Source: an uncultured Clostridia bacterium
Lineage (GTDB): Bacteria > Bacillota > Clostridia > Christensenellales > CAG-138
NCBI GenBank assembly: GCA_937900325.1
Contig: CALCEX010000070.1
Coordinates: 15,122-79,121, forward strand
Length of the DNA: 64,000 bases
Reading direction: 5' to 3'
Below, piece after piece: positions 18,164-26,838 of this stretch. The notes beneath the pieces were generated by a model, which saw nothing but the letters and a program-made list of their open reading frames with translations, did no database searches and was not told the DNA's origin. The position numbers and the translations under genes are program-made. Each line of letters begins with the position of its first letter. Position 1 is the stretch's first letter.

Positions 18164-19261
18164 TCATTCCACGGTCATCCCGCCGCCCCCGCAGCGGAAC
18201 ACCCTCATATCGCCCAGGCCCGCCCGCTTCAGCCCCTCGAGGCTCGTGCAGGTCAGAAAGCACTGGCAGTCCTTCATGCTCTCCAGCAAAAGCTGCTGGC
18301 GGCCCTCGTCCAGCTCAGACAGAACGTCGTCAAGTATCAGCACCGGGGCTTCATCCTTGAGCTCCCGTATGAAGGCAAGCTCGGAAAGCTTTAATGAGAG
18401 CGCCGCGGTGCGCTTCTGCCCCTGGGAGCCGAAGGTGCGCACGTCTATGCCGGAGAGGGCTATGCCTATATCGTCCCGGTGGGGGCCCCTCGTGGTAAAG
18501 CCCCGGCGCATATCCTCCGCCCTGCTTTTTTCGAGGGCGCTGAGCATCCCGCCGTAAATGCCCTCCGGCGATTCCGGGTCTATGTCCGGCTCATAGGCTA
18601 CCTCGAGCTTTTCCCGGCCTCCCGTTATGCTCCTGTGCAGGTCGTAGGCTATCGTGGAAAGGCCGTCCATGAAGCCGCAGCGCTCCATTATGATATCCTC
18701 GCCCAGCGCCGCAAGCTGCTCGTCCCATGCCTCCAGCATTCCGGGGGCTATCCTGTCCGGCTCCTTTAAGAGGGCGTTGCGCTGCTTAAGCGCCGAATTG
18801 TACCTTTGCAGGCTGTAATAATAGGCCGGGTGGGTCTGGGAAAGCTCCATATCCATGAAGCGCCGCCGCTCCGCCGGGCCGTCCTTTACTATTGAAAGAT
18901 CCTCCGGGGCGAACATCACCACATTCAGCAGCCCCATGAGCTCCCCGGAGCGGGAGGCCATCTGCCGGTCTATGAATATTTTCTTGCGCTCCCCGTCCCG
19001 GAGCTTTATCTCGATAAGGTGGGAGCCGGTGTTGTTGGTAAGCTCCGCCCCGACGTACCCGCCGGCGCAGCCCCGCATGATGAGCTCCGCGTCCCTCGAG
19101 GTCCTGTGGGACCGGCCGAAGGCGCAGAGAAAAACCGCCTCCACGCTGTTGGTCTTGCCCTCCGCGTTGTCCCCCACTATGGCGTTTATGCCGGGGCCGG
19201 GGCGCAGGTCGAGGGCGGCATAGCTGCGGTACTGATTCAAGCGCAAGCGGTTGATCTCCAT
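18164..19261 (-). CDS. recF: DNA replication/repair protein RecF
   Basis: ORF 18164..19285 begins with TTG, so I used ATG 19261 (MEINRLRLNQYRSY). Walker A GDNAEGKTN, signature FGSQGQKRT, Walker B LILDDVLSELD. Confidence 0.93.
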   Translation of the reverse strand: MEINRLRLNQYRSYAALDLRPGPGINAIVGDNAEGKTNSVEAVFLCAFGRSHRTSRDAELIMRGCAGGYVGAELTNNTGSHLIEIKLRDGERKKIFIDRQMASRSGELMGLLNVVMFAPEDLSIVKDGPAERRRFMDMELSQTHPAYYYSLQRYNSALKQRNALLKEPDRIAPGMLEAWDEQLAALGEDIIMERCGFMDGLSTIAYDLHRSITGGREKLEVAYEPDIDPESPEGIYGGMLSALEKSRAEDMRRGFTTRGPHRDDIGIALSGIDVRTFGSQGQKRTAALSLKLSELAFIRELKDEAPVLILDDVLSELDEGRQQLLLESMKDCQCFLTCTSLEGLKRAGLGDMRVFRCGGGGMTVE

Positions 19262-19486
19262 CTTCTCTGCCCGCCTGTAATACAAAAATTTTACCTGCTG
19301 ATTTTACCATAAAATCAGGGATTTTTCAATGGCTATTATTATAATAAGAAGAAAGCATTGCAAAAATGCATAAATATGCGTAAGATGCATATCGCGGCGC
19401 CCCACAAAAATATTTGCGCCGCCGTTGAAATATAGTATAATAAATAAAAATATAAACGGTATCATCCATTCCAGGGAGGGACGAAT

Positions 19487-20593
19487 ATGCGCTTTACAGT
19501 TGATACGGCTGAGCTCAACGCCGCCGTTGCCACGGTTTCAAAGGCGCTGGGAGTAAAATCCTCAGTTGGCATATTGGAGGGCATATATGCCGAGGCCATA
19601 GGCGATACGCTGCTGCTCAGGTGTACCGACCTTTCGCTCCAGATAGAGGCTACGCTCAACGTGAATATCCAGAAGGAGGGGGCCTGCGTGCTGCCCGGGC
19701 GGCTCTTTTCCGAGCTTGTAAGGAGGCTGCCCGCGGAGGAGACGCTGCTCAGCCTCAATAAGAGCACGCTGCTTATCGAAAGCGGCAGGGCCACCACCAC
19801 CATGCAGGTGGAAAACGCCAAGGATTACATCTCCATGCCGGAGGTCAGCCGGGAGTTCTCCGTGGCCATATCCAAGGCGACCCTGAAGAGCATGATACGC
19901 CAGTGCATATTCGCGACGGCCCAGGACGATTCCAAGCCCATTCTCCGTGGCGTGCTCATAGAGCTCGACGGCGGCCGCATGAGCATGGTAGCCCTTGACG
20001 GATACCGTCTCGCCATGCGCACCGAGACGGTCACGGTATCGGGCGAGGCGAAGAGCGCGGTCATCCCCGCCCGCGGCCTTCTGGAGATAAGCCGCATACT
20101 GGACGACAGCGACGAGACCATCAGCCTGGTATTCTCCGCCACCCATGTAATGATAGACATGGGCTATACCCGCATAATCACCCGCCTTATGGACGGCGAT
20201 TTCATACGCTACCGCCAGATACTGCCGGAGGGCTGCACCACCCATGTGCGGGTGAACCGCACAGAGCTTCTGGACAGCATTGAGCGCGTCTCCCTCATGG
20301 CCCGGGAAAGCAGGAAGAACCACATAAAGTTCTCCTTTGAGGATTCTCAGCTCACCATCACCGCCAACAGCGAGATAGGCGCCAGCAAGGAAATAGTCAA
20401 TATCGACCGCATGGGCAGCGATATAGACATTGCCTTCAACGCAAAGTATTTCAGCGACGTGCTGAAGGTGCTGGAGGACGAATACGTCTGCCTGGATATG
20501 AACACCAACATAAGCCCCTGCGTGGTAAAGCCCGAGACCGGCGACGCATACTATTACCTCATCCTCCCCGTAAGGCTGTTTTCGGGGAATTGA
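19487..20593 (+). CDS. dnaN: DNA polymerase III beta subunit (sliding clamp)
   Basis: 368 aa. MRFTVDTAELNAAV... with three-domain clamp length. RBS GGGAGGG. Confidence 0.95.
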   Translation: MRFTVDTAELNAAVATVSKALGVKSSVGILEGIYAEAIGDTLLLRCTDLSLQIEATLNVNIQKEGACVLPGRLFSELVRRLPAEETLLSLNKSTLLIESGRATTTMQVENAKDYISMPEVSREFSVAISKATLKSMIRQCIFATAQDDSKPILRGVLIELDGGRMSMVALDGYRLAMRTETVTVSGEAKSAVIPARGLLEISRILDDSDETISLVFSATHVMIDMGYTRIITRLMDGDFIRYRQILPEGCTTHVRVNRTELLDSIERVSLMARESRKNHIKFSFEDSQLTITANSEIGASKEIVNIDRMGSDIDIAFNAKYFSDVLKVLEDEYVCLDMNTNISPCVVKPETGDAYYYLILPVRLFSGN

Positions 20594-20599
20594 CGCTTT

Positions 20600-20678
20600 A
20601 TTCCTTCTTTCCTCCTTCTTTCTCTTTTCTTTTCAGGAGAAAAGAAAAGCAGAAAGAAGCAAAGAGAAAAGAAAAGCC
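20600..20678 (+). repeat. Polypyrimidine/polypurine hairpin element, copy 1 (3' of dnaN)
   Basis: The 20-mer CTTCTTTCTCTTTTCTTTTC at 20615-20634 is identical to those at 25671-25690 and 30452-30471. It is followed by AGGA and the purine arm GAAAAGAAAAGCAGAAAGAAG, then ...GAAAAGAAAAGCC. Confidence 0.9.
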
Positions 20679-20694
20679 AGAGTTAAATAAATAT

Positions 20695-20730
20695 AAAAAT
20701 AAAGGAACGGTCTCAGCCGTTCCTTTTGCT
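20695..20730. terminator. Bidirectional intrinsic terminator between dnaN and the noc-like gene
   Basis: GGAACGG-tctcag-CCGTTCC, with an A-run upstream and a T-run downstream. Confidence 0.75.
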
Positions 20731-20739
20731 TTGTTTGCT

Positions 20740-21573
20740 TTATTCGCCCGTTATCTTTATGTGTATATCCACCCCGTTGTGCAGGTCCTCCTGCTCCACC
20801 TCCACGTTCATGCCGGATTCCCTGAGCACCCCGATAGCCGAATTGACGGTGTTCATGAAAAGCCGGTAATCCCGCACCTGTCGTATTATGGCGGGGCGGG
20901 GGGCCGCGCCGGGGCGCTTTTCGTCGTACATTTTATCGAGGGTCTTTTCCACCAGCCTTTCGGTATCCTTTACCGAGAGGTTCTTTTCCGCCGTGCGCTT
21001 TATTACGGCAAGCTGCGCCTGCTCGTCCCTGAGCTTTAGCACCGCCCGGGCGTGGCGCTCCGAAAGGCCGTTTTCCCGCAGCGCCGACACCACCTCAGGG
21101 GACAGCCGCAGAAGCCGCAGCTTATTGGCTATGGAGGACTGGCTCTTGCCCAGCCGCTTTGCAAGCTCCTCCTGGGTGAGGTTGTAGTTGTTGAGCAGGG
21201 CGTAGTAGCACTGCGCCTCCTCCATATAGTTGAGCTCCTCCCGCTGAAGGTTCTCTATGAGGGCCACCATGGCGGAGGCTTCCTCCTGCATGGAGTCCTC
21301 TACTATGCAGGTGACCTTCTCCATGCCGAGGGACTTGCAGGCGCGCAGGCGGCGCTCCCCCGCCACCAGCTCATAGCCGGAGCCGCTGCTTCTTACCACC
21401 AATGGCTGTATCAGCCCCACCTGGCTTATGCTCTGGGCAAGCTCTGCTATGGTCTCGTCGTCAAATGTCGCGCGGGGCTGGTTTGGGTTCGGGACTATTT
21501 TTTCAACGGGTATTTCCAGCAGCCTGCGCTGGCTTTCCGTAGTCCGGGGACGAAGTGTAAATTCAAAGGACAT
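20740..21573 (-). CDS. noc: ParB/Noc family protein (nucleoid-occlusion-like ParB paralog)
   Basis: ORF 20740..21654. Start set at ATG 21573 (RBS AGGAGA), which avoids overlap with rsmG. ParB box LVAGERRLRA and an HTH. Sits downstream of rsmG, as noc does in Bacillus. Confidence 0.8.
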   Translation of the reverse strand: MSFEFTLRPRTTESQRRLLEIPVEKIVPNPNQPRATFDDETIAELAQSISQVGLIQPLVVRSSGSGYELVAGERRLRACKSLGMEKVTCIVEDSMQEEASAMVALIENLQREELNYMEEAQCYYALLNNYNLTQEELAKRLGKSQSSIANKLRLLRLSPEVVSALRENGLSERHARAVLKLRDEQAQLAVIKRTAEKNLSVKDTERLVEKTLDKMYDEKRPGAAPRPAIIRQVRDYRLFMNTVNSAIGVLRESGMNVEVEQEDLHNGVDIHIKITGE

Positions 21574-21634
21574 TATGCGTTCTCCTGATAAATTTGTTTT
21601 TTCTAAAACGGCCGTCAGCCATTTCCGCGAAACC

Positions 21635-22324
21635 CTAAAGGGGCTTCTTGTCAACGGTTCCCGCCTTGCGGGGGTATGCCTTTGGGGTGGGCTTATGCTT
21701 TGTGAGTATGACCACGCAGCGCTCCCCCCACTCCGCCGGGTATGACCTTATCTCCCCGGCGCAGCATAAAAGCTCCAGCGCCCTTTCGCCCTCCCTCAGC
21801 TCCGCGGCGGCCTGAGGGCCCTTATACATGAGGGACCTGCCCCCTACCCTGAGGAAGGGCACGGTGTATTCCGCAAGGGGGGACACCCGGGCTACCGCGC
21901 GGGACACGGCGATGTCGAATTTTTCCCGAAGGGCGGGGCTCCTGCCTGCGTCCTCCGCACGGGCGTGTATGCATTCCGCGTTTATATCGAGCTCCTTGCA
22001 TACCTCCCTTAAAAAGCCTACGCGCTTATTGAGCGAATCGAGCAGCGTCACCCTCGCGTCCGGCCTTGCTATGGCTATGGGCAGCCCGGGGAAGCCCGCG
22101 CCCGTGCCGACGTCTATGATTTTCGCCCCCTTTGGAATAAGCTCGAGGGGCAGCAGGCTGTCCGCAAAGTGCTTTTTCAGTACCTCCTCCTCGCCGGTTA
22201 TGGCGGTAAGGTTCATGCGGCTGTTCCAGTCCGTTAGCATATCGTAATAGCGGCAGAGCTTTTGGGCCTGCTCCTCCGTCAGCCCCGCCGCGGGTATGGT
22301 ATTTATTACGGTCTGTATATCCAT
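21635..22324 (-). CDS. rsmG: 16S rRNA (guanine527-N7)-methyltransferase
   Basis: 229 aa. GidB family (DVGTGAGFPGLPIAI). Directly downstream of mnmG. Confidence 0.92.
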   Translation of the reverse strand: MDIQTVINTIPAAGLTEEQAQKLCRYYDMLTDWNSRMNLTAITGEEEVLKKHFADSLLPLELIPKGAKIIDVGTGAGFPGLPIAIARPDARVTLLDSLNKRVGFLREVCKELDINAECIHARAEDAGRSPALREKFDIAVSRAVARVSPLAEYTVPFLRVGGRSLMYKGPQAAAELREGERALELLCCAGEIRSYPAEWGERCVVILTKHKPTPKAYPRKAGTVDKKPL

Positions 22325-24196
22325 CTATTTTCCCTCCAGCAGCCTGAGCTGTATCAGCAGCACCCCTATATCCGCCGGGGACACGCCGCTTATGCGCCCG
22401 GCCTGGCCTATGCTTCTCGGGCGTATGGCGGAAAGCTTCTGCCTTGCCTCAAGGCGGAGCCCCTCCATATGGGCGTAATCCACCCCCTCCGGTATGAGCA
22501 TATCCTCCTGCTGCTTGAGCCTTTCCACCTGCTGCTTCTGTTTTTCTATGTAGCCCTCATAATGGGCGGATATTTCCACCTGCTCCCGCGCCTCGTCCGA
22601 AATTTCCGGAAGGCCGGATACCCGCATGAGGTCGGTATAGCTTATGCCCTCCCTGCGCAGCACGTCCATGAGCCTTGCGCCGCTTTTGAGCCCGCCGCCG
22701 CCCTTTTCTGAGAGCAGCTCCATAAGCCCCTCCTCCGGGCGCGCCGTCTTGTTCAACGCGGCCATGGCCTTTTCCATATCGCTTTGCTTTTCCATCAGCC
22801 TTGCGTAGCGCTTTTCGGATATGAGCCCCGTCCTTCTCGCCTTTTCCGTAAGCCGCAGGTCGGCGTTGTCCTGCCTGAGCAGCAGCCGGTATTCGGCGCG
22901 GGAGGTCATCATCCTGTAAGGCTCGTTTGTGCCCTTTGTCGCGAGGTCGTCCACCAGTACCCCAATATATGCGTCTCCGCGGGAAAGTATGAAGGGCTCC
23001 TCGCCCTTTAAGTAAAGGGCGCAGTTTATGCCGGCGTAAATGCCCTGGGCGGCGGCCTCCTCATAGCCGGAGCTGCCGTTTATCTGCCCCGCGAAGTACA
23101 GCCCGGGTATATCCTTGCTGCCGAGGGCGGTATTCAGCGTGTTGGGGTCTATGCAGTCGTACTCTATGGCGTAGCCCGCCCGCATTATCTCCGAGCGCTC
23201 GAGCCCCGGTATGGTGCGCAGCATTTCCACCTGAACGTCATAGGGCAGACTGGTGCTCATTCCCTGAACGTACATCTCGTCCGTGGAAAGCCCCTCCGGC
23301 TCGATGAAAAGCTGGTGCCTGTCCTTATCCGCGAACCGCTTTATCTTATCCTCTATGCTGGGGCAGTACCTTGTGCCGGTGCCGGTAACAAGGCCGGAAT
23401 ACATGCTGCTCCTGTGGATATTGTTCAGTATTATCTCGTGGGTGCGATGGTTGGTATAGGTAAGGTAGCAGGGCTGCTGCGGCCTTTCCCCCTTATCGCT
23501 CAGGAATGAAAAGCAGGGAGAGGGCACGTCGCCGTACTGGGGCTCCATCCTTTCAAGATCAAGGCTGCGCCTGTTTACCCTTGGGGGGGTGCCGGTCTTG
23601 AAGCGGCGGAGCCTGAAGCCAATATCCTCAAGGCTCGCCGAGAGCGCGTTTGAGCGGAGCATGCCCGAAGGCCCCGACTCCGTAACGTAGTCGCCTATGA
23701 GCACGCGGCTTTTAAGGTAAACCCCCGTGGCCACAACTATGCCCCGGCAGCGGTACTCTATTCCGCCGCCCGCGATTATGCCCGCCACGCGGCCATTCTG
23801 AAGCAGTATCCTCTCGCATTCGCCCATCCTGAGATCCAGCAGCGGCTCCCGCTCCAGCGCGCGCTTCATCCTCTCGTGATACCGGCGCTTATCCATCTGC
23901 GCCCGGAGGGAATGAACGGCGGGGCCCTTGCCGGTGTTGAGCATACGTATCTGAATGAAGGTATCGTCCGCCGCCGCGCCCATTTCACCCCCCAGCGCAT
24001 CCAGCTCCCGCACAAGGTGTCCCTTTGAGGTGCCGCCTATGGCCGGGTTGCAGGCCATGAGGGCCACGCTGTCAAGGTTCATGGTAAGGCAGAGGGTCTT
24101 AAGCCCCATGCGGGCGCAGGCGAGCGCCGCCTCGCAGCCCGCGTGACCCGCGCCCAGCACCGCCACGTCGTATATTCCGCCCAGATATGTGTTCAT
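22325..24196 (-). CDS. mnmG: tRNA uridine 5-carboxymethylaminomethyl modification enzyme MnmG (GidA)
   Basis: 623 aa. FAD-binding N-terminus DVAVLGAGHAGCEAA, with GidA length and a C-terminal helical domain. Confidence 0.96.
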   Translation of the reverse strand: MNTYLGGIYDVAVLGAGHAGCEAALACARMGLKTLCLTMNLDSVALMACNPAIGGTSKGHLVRELDALGGEMGAAADDTFIQIRMLNTGKGPAVHSLRAQMDKRRYHERMKRALEREPLLDLRMGECERILLQNGRVAGIIAGGGIEYRCRGIVVATGVYLKSRVLIGDYVTESGPSGMLRSNALSASLEDIGFRLRRFKTGTPPRVNRRSLDLERMEPQYGDVPSPCFSFLSDKGERPQQPCYLTYTNHRTHEIILNNIHRSSMYSGLVTGTGTRYCPSIEDKIKRFADKDRHQLFIEPEGLSTDEMYVQGMSTSLPYDVQVEMLRTIPGLERSEIMRAGYAIEYDCIDPNTLNTALGSKDIPGLYFAGQINGSSGYEEAAAQGIYAGINCALYLKGEEPFILSRGDAYIGVLVDDLATKGTNEPYRMMTSRAEYRLLLRQDNADLRLTEKARRTGLISEKRYARLMEKQSDMEKAMAALNKTARPEEGLMELLSEKGGGGLKSGARLMDVLRREGISYTDLMRVSGLPEISDEAREQVEISAHYEGYIEKQKQQVERLKQQEDMLIPEGVDYAHMEGLRLEARQKLSAIRPRSIGQAGRISGVSPADIGVLLIQLRLLEGK

Positions 24197-24335
24197 ACGT
24201 TAAATTACCTCTTATTTTCTTCCATGCTACATTATAGCAGAAAACCCGCCCTGTGGGAAATATTTTTATTTCCCGATGCGGTATAGTATAATATATCCGT
24301 TATTTCAGGCAAGCGCATCAGGAGAAAAACACGAT

Positions 24336-25652
24336 ATGACCGACACCATTTACGCCCTTTCCACCCCCGTCGGCGGGGCGATAGCCGTTATACGCATAAG
24401 CGGCCCGGGTACCCTTCCGGCGCTTCGGGCGGTATTCAACGGCAGGATAGAGCACCGCTACGTTTCCCACGGCAGCATAACCGGGGCGGACGGCGCGCCG
24501 ATAGACGACGCCATGGCGGTATACTTCCGCGCCCCCAACAGCTACACCGGGGAGGACATGGCGGAGCTTTACATCCACGGCGGCTACGCCGTATCCAAGG
24601 GGGTGCTGTCCCGGCTTTCCGAGCTGCCCCTTCGCCCCGCCGGGCCGGGGGAATTCACGCGGCGGGCGTTTATGAACGGCAAGCTGGATCTTGCCCGGTC
24701 CGAGGCGGTAATGGACCTTATCAACGCCTCCTCCGCCCGCTCCGCCTCCTCGGCGCTGGAGCAGCTTCAGGGCGCGCTTTCCCGGCGCATAGAGTCGGTC
24801 GAGCGGGAGCTTATAGACCTGCTCTCCGGCATAGACGCGGCGATAGATTATCCAGAGGAGCTGGAGGAGGACGTATTCTCCGCCCTGCCCTCCGGAATAC
24901 GCTCGGCAAAGGCCGAGGTGGATTCCCTCATATCCGGCGGCATGGCCTCAAGGATGATACGGGAGGGGGCGCGCATAGCCATATTAGGAAGGCCCAACGC
25001 GGGCAAAAGCTCGCTTTTCAACGCCATGCTGGGGGAGGACCGCGCCATAGTCACCCCGGAGGAAGGCACCACCCGCGACATATTGGAGGGGACGCTGCTG
25101 ATAAACGGCATAACCGCCCGCCTTTTCGATACGGCGGGCCTGCGGGAGGCGGGCTCCGCCGCGGAAAGCATAGGCATATCCCGCGCGCGGGAGATAGTGG
25201 ATAAGGCGGATCTTCTGCTCATTGCCATGGACGGCGGCGTGGAGGCCACAAATGAGGAGCGGCGGCTGCTCTCCTCCCCCGGGAGAAAGCTTGCGGTGAT
25301 ATGCAAAAGCGACGTTTCGGAGGGCGACAGCGCCTTCGCCCTCGCGGGGGAATACGGCGTGGAGGCCATAGGCGTGAGCGCGGTCACGGGCGACGGTGTG
25401 GCGGCGCTCATAGACCGCGTTGCGGAGCTTATCGCGCCGGAATGCGAAAGCGCCCTCGTCACAAACAGCCGCCATATAGCTGCGCTTCGGGAATGCTCCG
25501 CTGCGCTCTCCTCCGCCCTTCAGACACAGGAGGCGGACTGCGCGGCGACAGACCTGCGCGCAGCCCTTATCGCGCTGGGCGAGATCACCGGCAGAAGCGT
25601 GGACGCGGACGTTGTGGACAGGATATTCTCCCGCTTCTGCGTGGGGAAGTGA
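24336..25652 (+). CDS. mnmE: tRNA modification GTPase MnmE (TrmE)
   Basis: ORF 24276..25652. ATG 24336 is preceded by AGGAGA. MTDTIYALSTP..., G-domain GRPNAGKSSLFN / DTAG, and the C-terminal FCVGK motif. Confidence 0.95.
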   Translation: MTDTIYALSTPVGGAIAVIRISGPGTLPALRAVFNGRIEHRYVSHGSITGADGAPIDDAMAVYFRAPNSYTGEDMAELYIHGGYAVSKGVLSRLSELPLRPAGPGEFTRRAFMNGKLDLARSEAVMDLINASSARSASSALEQLQGALSRRIESVERELIDLLSGIDAAIDYPEELEEDVFSALPSGIRSAKAEVDSLISGGMASRMIREGARIAILGRPNAGKSSLFNAMLGEDRAIVTPEEGTTRDILEGTLLINGITARLFDTAGLREAGSAAESIGISRAREIVDKADLLLIAMDGGVEATNEERRLLSSPGRKLAVICKSDVSEGDSAFALAGEYGVEAIGVSAVTGDGVAALIDRVAELIAPECESALVTNSRHIAALRECSAALSSALQTQEADCAATDLRAALIALGEITGRSVDADVVDRIFSRFCVGK

Positions 25653-25670
25653 CGGTAATTTTATTTACCT

Positions 25671-25790
25671 CTTCTTTCTCTTTTCTTTTCAGGAGAAAAG
25701 AGTAAAGAAGCAAAGAGAAAAGAAAAGCCCAGGGGAAACAATAAAAGAAAATAGAAATCGCTGAGAAATCCAACGGGAAACGATAATAAG
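25671..25790 (+). repeat. Polypyrimidine/polypurine hairpin element, copy 2 (3' of mnmE), long form
   Basis: Identical 20-mer at 25671-25690. Purine arms run to 25729, followed by the module CAACGGGAAACGATAATAAG, which is shared with copy 3. Confidence 0.9.
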
Positions 25791-25803
25791 AACCGGGTAC
25801 AGT

Positions 25804-25835
25804 AAAAGGACGGCGACTTGCCGTCCTTTTGTTTT
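25804..25835. terminator. Bidirectional intrinsic terminator between mnmE and jag
   Basis: AAAA-GGACGGC-gactt-GCCGTCC-TTTTGTTTT. Confidence 0.8.
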
Positions 25836-25845
25836 ATATTATCAA

Positions 25846-26838
25846 TTATTCTTCGCTGCTTTTCGGGTAGACGACCACCCGGCGGTTGGGCTCCTCGCCC
25901 TCGCTGCGCGTCGCCACATATGGGTTGTTCTGGAGCGTGGCGTGCAGCACCCTGCGCTCGTAGGGATTCATGGGCTCCAGCGTGCGGGCCCGTCCCGTGG
26001 CCTTTACCTGATTGGCTATCTTCCTGGCAAGGCGGGCAAGGGTCTCCTCCCTCTTCTCCCGGTATCCCTCGGTGTCTATGGATATGCGGGTGTAGCCGTC
26101 CTGCTTGCGGTTGCGGTTGACCGCAAGGCTCGTCAGGTACTGCATCGCGTCCAGGGTCTCTCCCCTGTGGCCTATGAGCATTCCCGTGGTGGACTTGTCT
26201 ATGTAAAGGCGCACGCCATCCTCGCCTACATTGGCCAGCACCGTTCCCTCAACGCCCATGCGCTCCAGCATTCCCTTGACGAATTCCGCGGCAGGATTGC
26301 CCTCCGCCGCCTCCTCGGTGAAGCCCTCCGGCGGCTCCTTGGCCTGATAGCGGGGGCGGCTGTCGCGGTCTCTGCGGCCGCGGCCGCGCCTGTCCCTGCG
26401 TTCCCTTTGCTGCCTCTCGGCGGGATATTCTATCGTCTCCGTCTCGATCGTCTCGACAGTCTCGACAGTCCCGGCGGCTTCCTCCCGGTTTTCCTGCGGG
26501 GCGTGCTTTCCGTCGCCCGCTTCCTCCCGCTCGTCCCTGGGGCCGCGCTCTCTGCGGCCGCGCCTGTCGCGGTCGTTCCTTTGCTCCCTGCGGTCCCGGC
26601 GCTCCCGCCGCTCCCGCTCCTGATATTCAGGCCTGAGATATTCGGGAAGCAATATATCCTCCGGCTCCCTCTCTATGAGCTTTACTATGGCGGGCTTTGC
26701 GCCTATGCCCAGTATGCCCTTGCTTTCATGCTGTATTATGTCTATCTCCACCTCGTCTATGGAGATCCCCAGCTCCTTGAGGCCGTTGAATATCGCCTCG
26801 TCTATGGAGCGGCCCGTGGCCTGGATAGTTCTGAGCAT
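25846..26838 (-). CDS. jag: Jag/KhpB RNA-binding protein (Jag_N + KH + R3H) with a long R/E/D-rich insertion
   Basis: 330 aa. The N-terminus is Jag_N, and the C-terminus has an R3H-type ending (EPMNPYERRVLH). Downstream of yidC with a TAATG overlap. Confidence 0.9.
   Translation of the reverse strand: MLRTIQATGRSIDEAIFNGLKELGISIDEVEIDIIQHESKGILGIGAKPAIVKLIEREPEDILLPEYLRPEYQERERRERRDRREQRNDRDRRGRRERGPRDEREEAGDGKHAPQENREEAAGTVETVETIETETIEYPAERQQRERRDRRGRGRRDRDSRPRYQAKEPPEGFTEEAAEGNPAAEFVKGMLERMGVEGTVLANVGEDGVRLYIDKSTTGMLIGHRGETLDAMQYLTSLAVNRNRKQDGYTRISIDTEGYREKREETLARLARKIANQVKATGRARTLEPMNPYERRVLHATLQNNPYVATRSEGEEPNRRVVVYPKSSEE

Noticed and set aside
16287-18557. A 756-aa + strand ORF. Similar very long ORFs lie at 1192..2298, 2917..3993, 8079..9182, 11246..12994, 13519..14739, 34184..35542, 35927..36892, 49333..50820, 53590..55341, 56511..57932, 58145..59287 and 61432..63234.
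   Set aside because: All of them lie antisense to, or out of frame with, genes whose translations carry unmistakable family motifs (gyrB, recF, CotH, gyrA, livK, prfA, tsaC, V-ATPase and others). Their own translations are low-complexity (G/A/R/P/Y/L-rich) with no recognisable motifs. High GC with few stop codons in the antisense frames explains them.
20590-21039. ORFs that read through the hairpin elements (20590..21039, 25585..25773, 30430..31311), which share the peptide SFSFLF(R/G)(R/K)KEK.
   Set aside because: The shared peptide is a by-product of the conserved DNA repeat. The ORFs start inside or after the upstream stop codon, continue antisense into real genes (noc-like, livF), and have no RBS.
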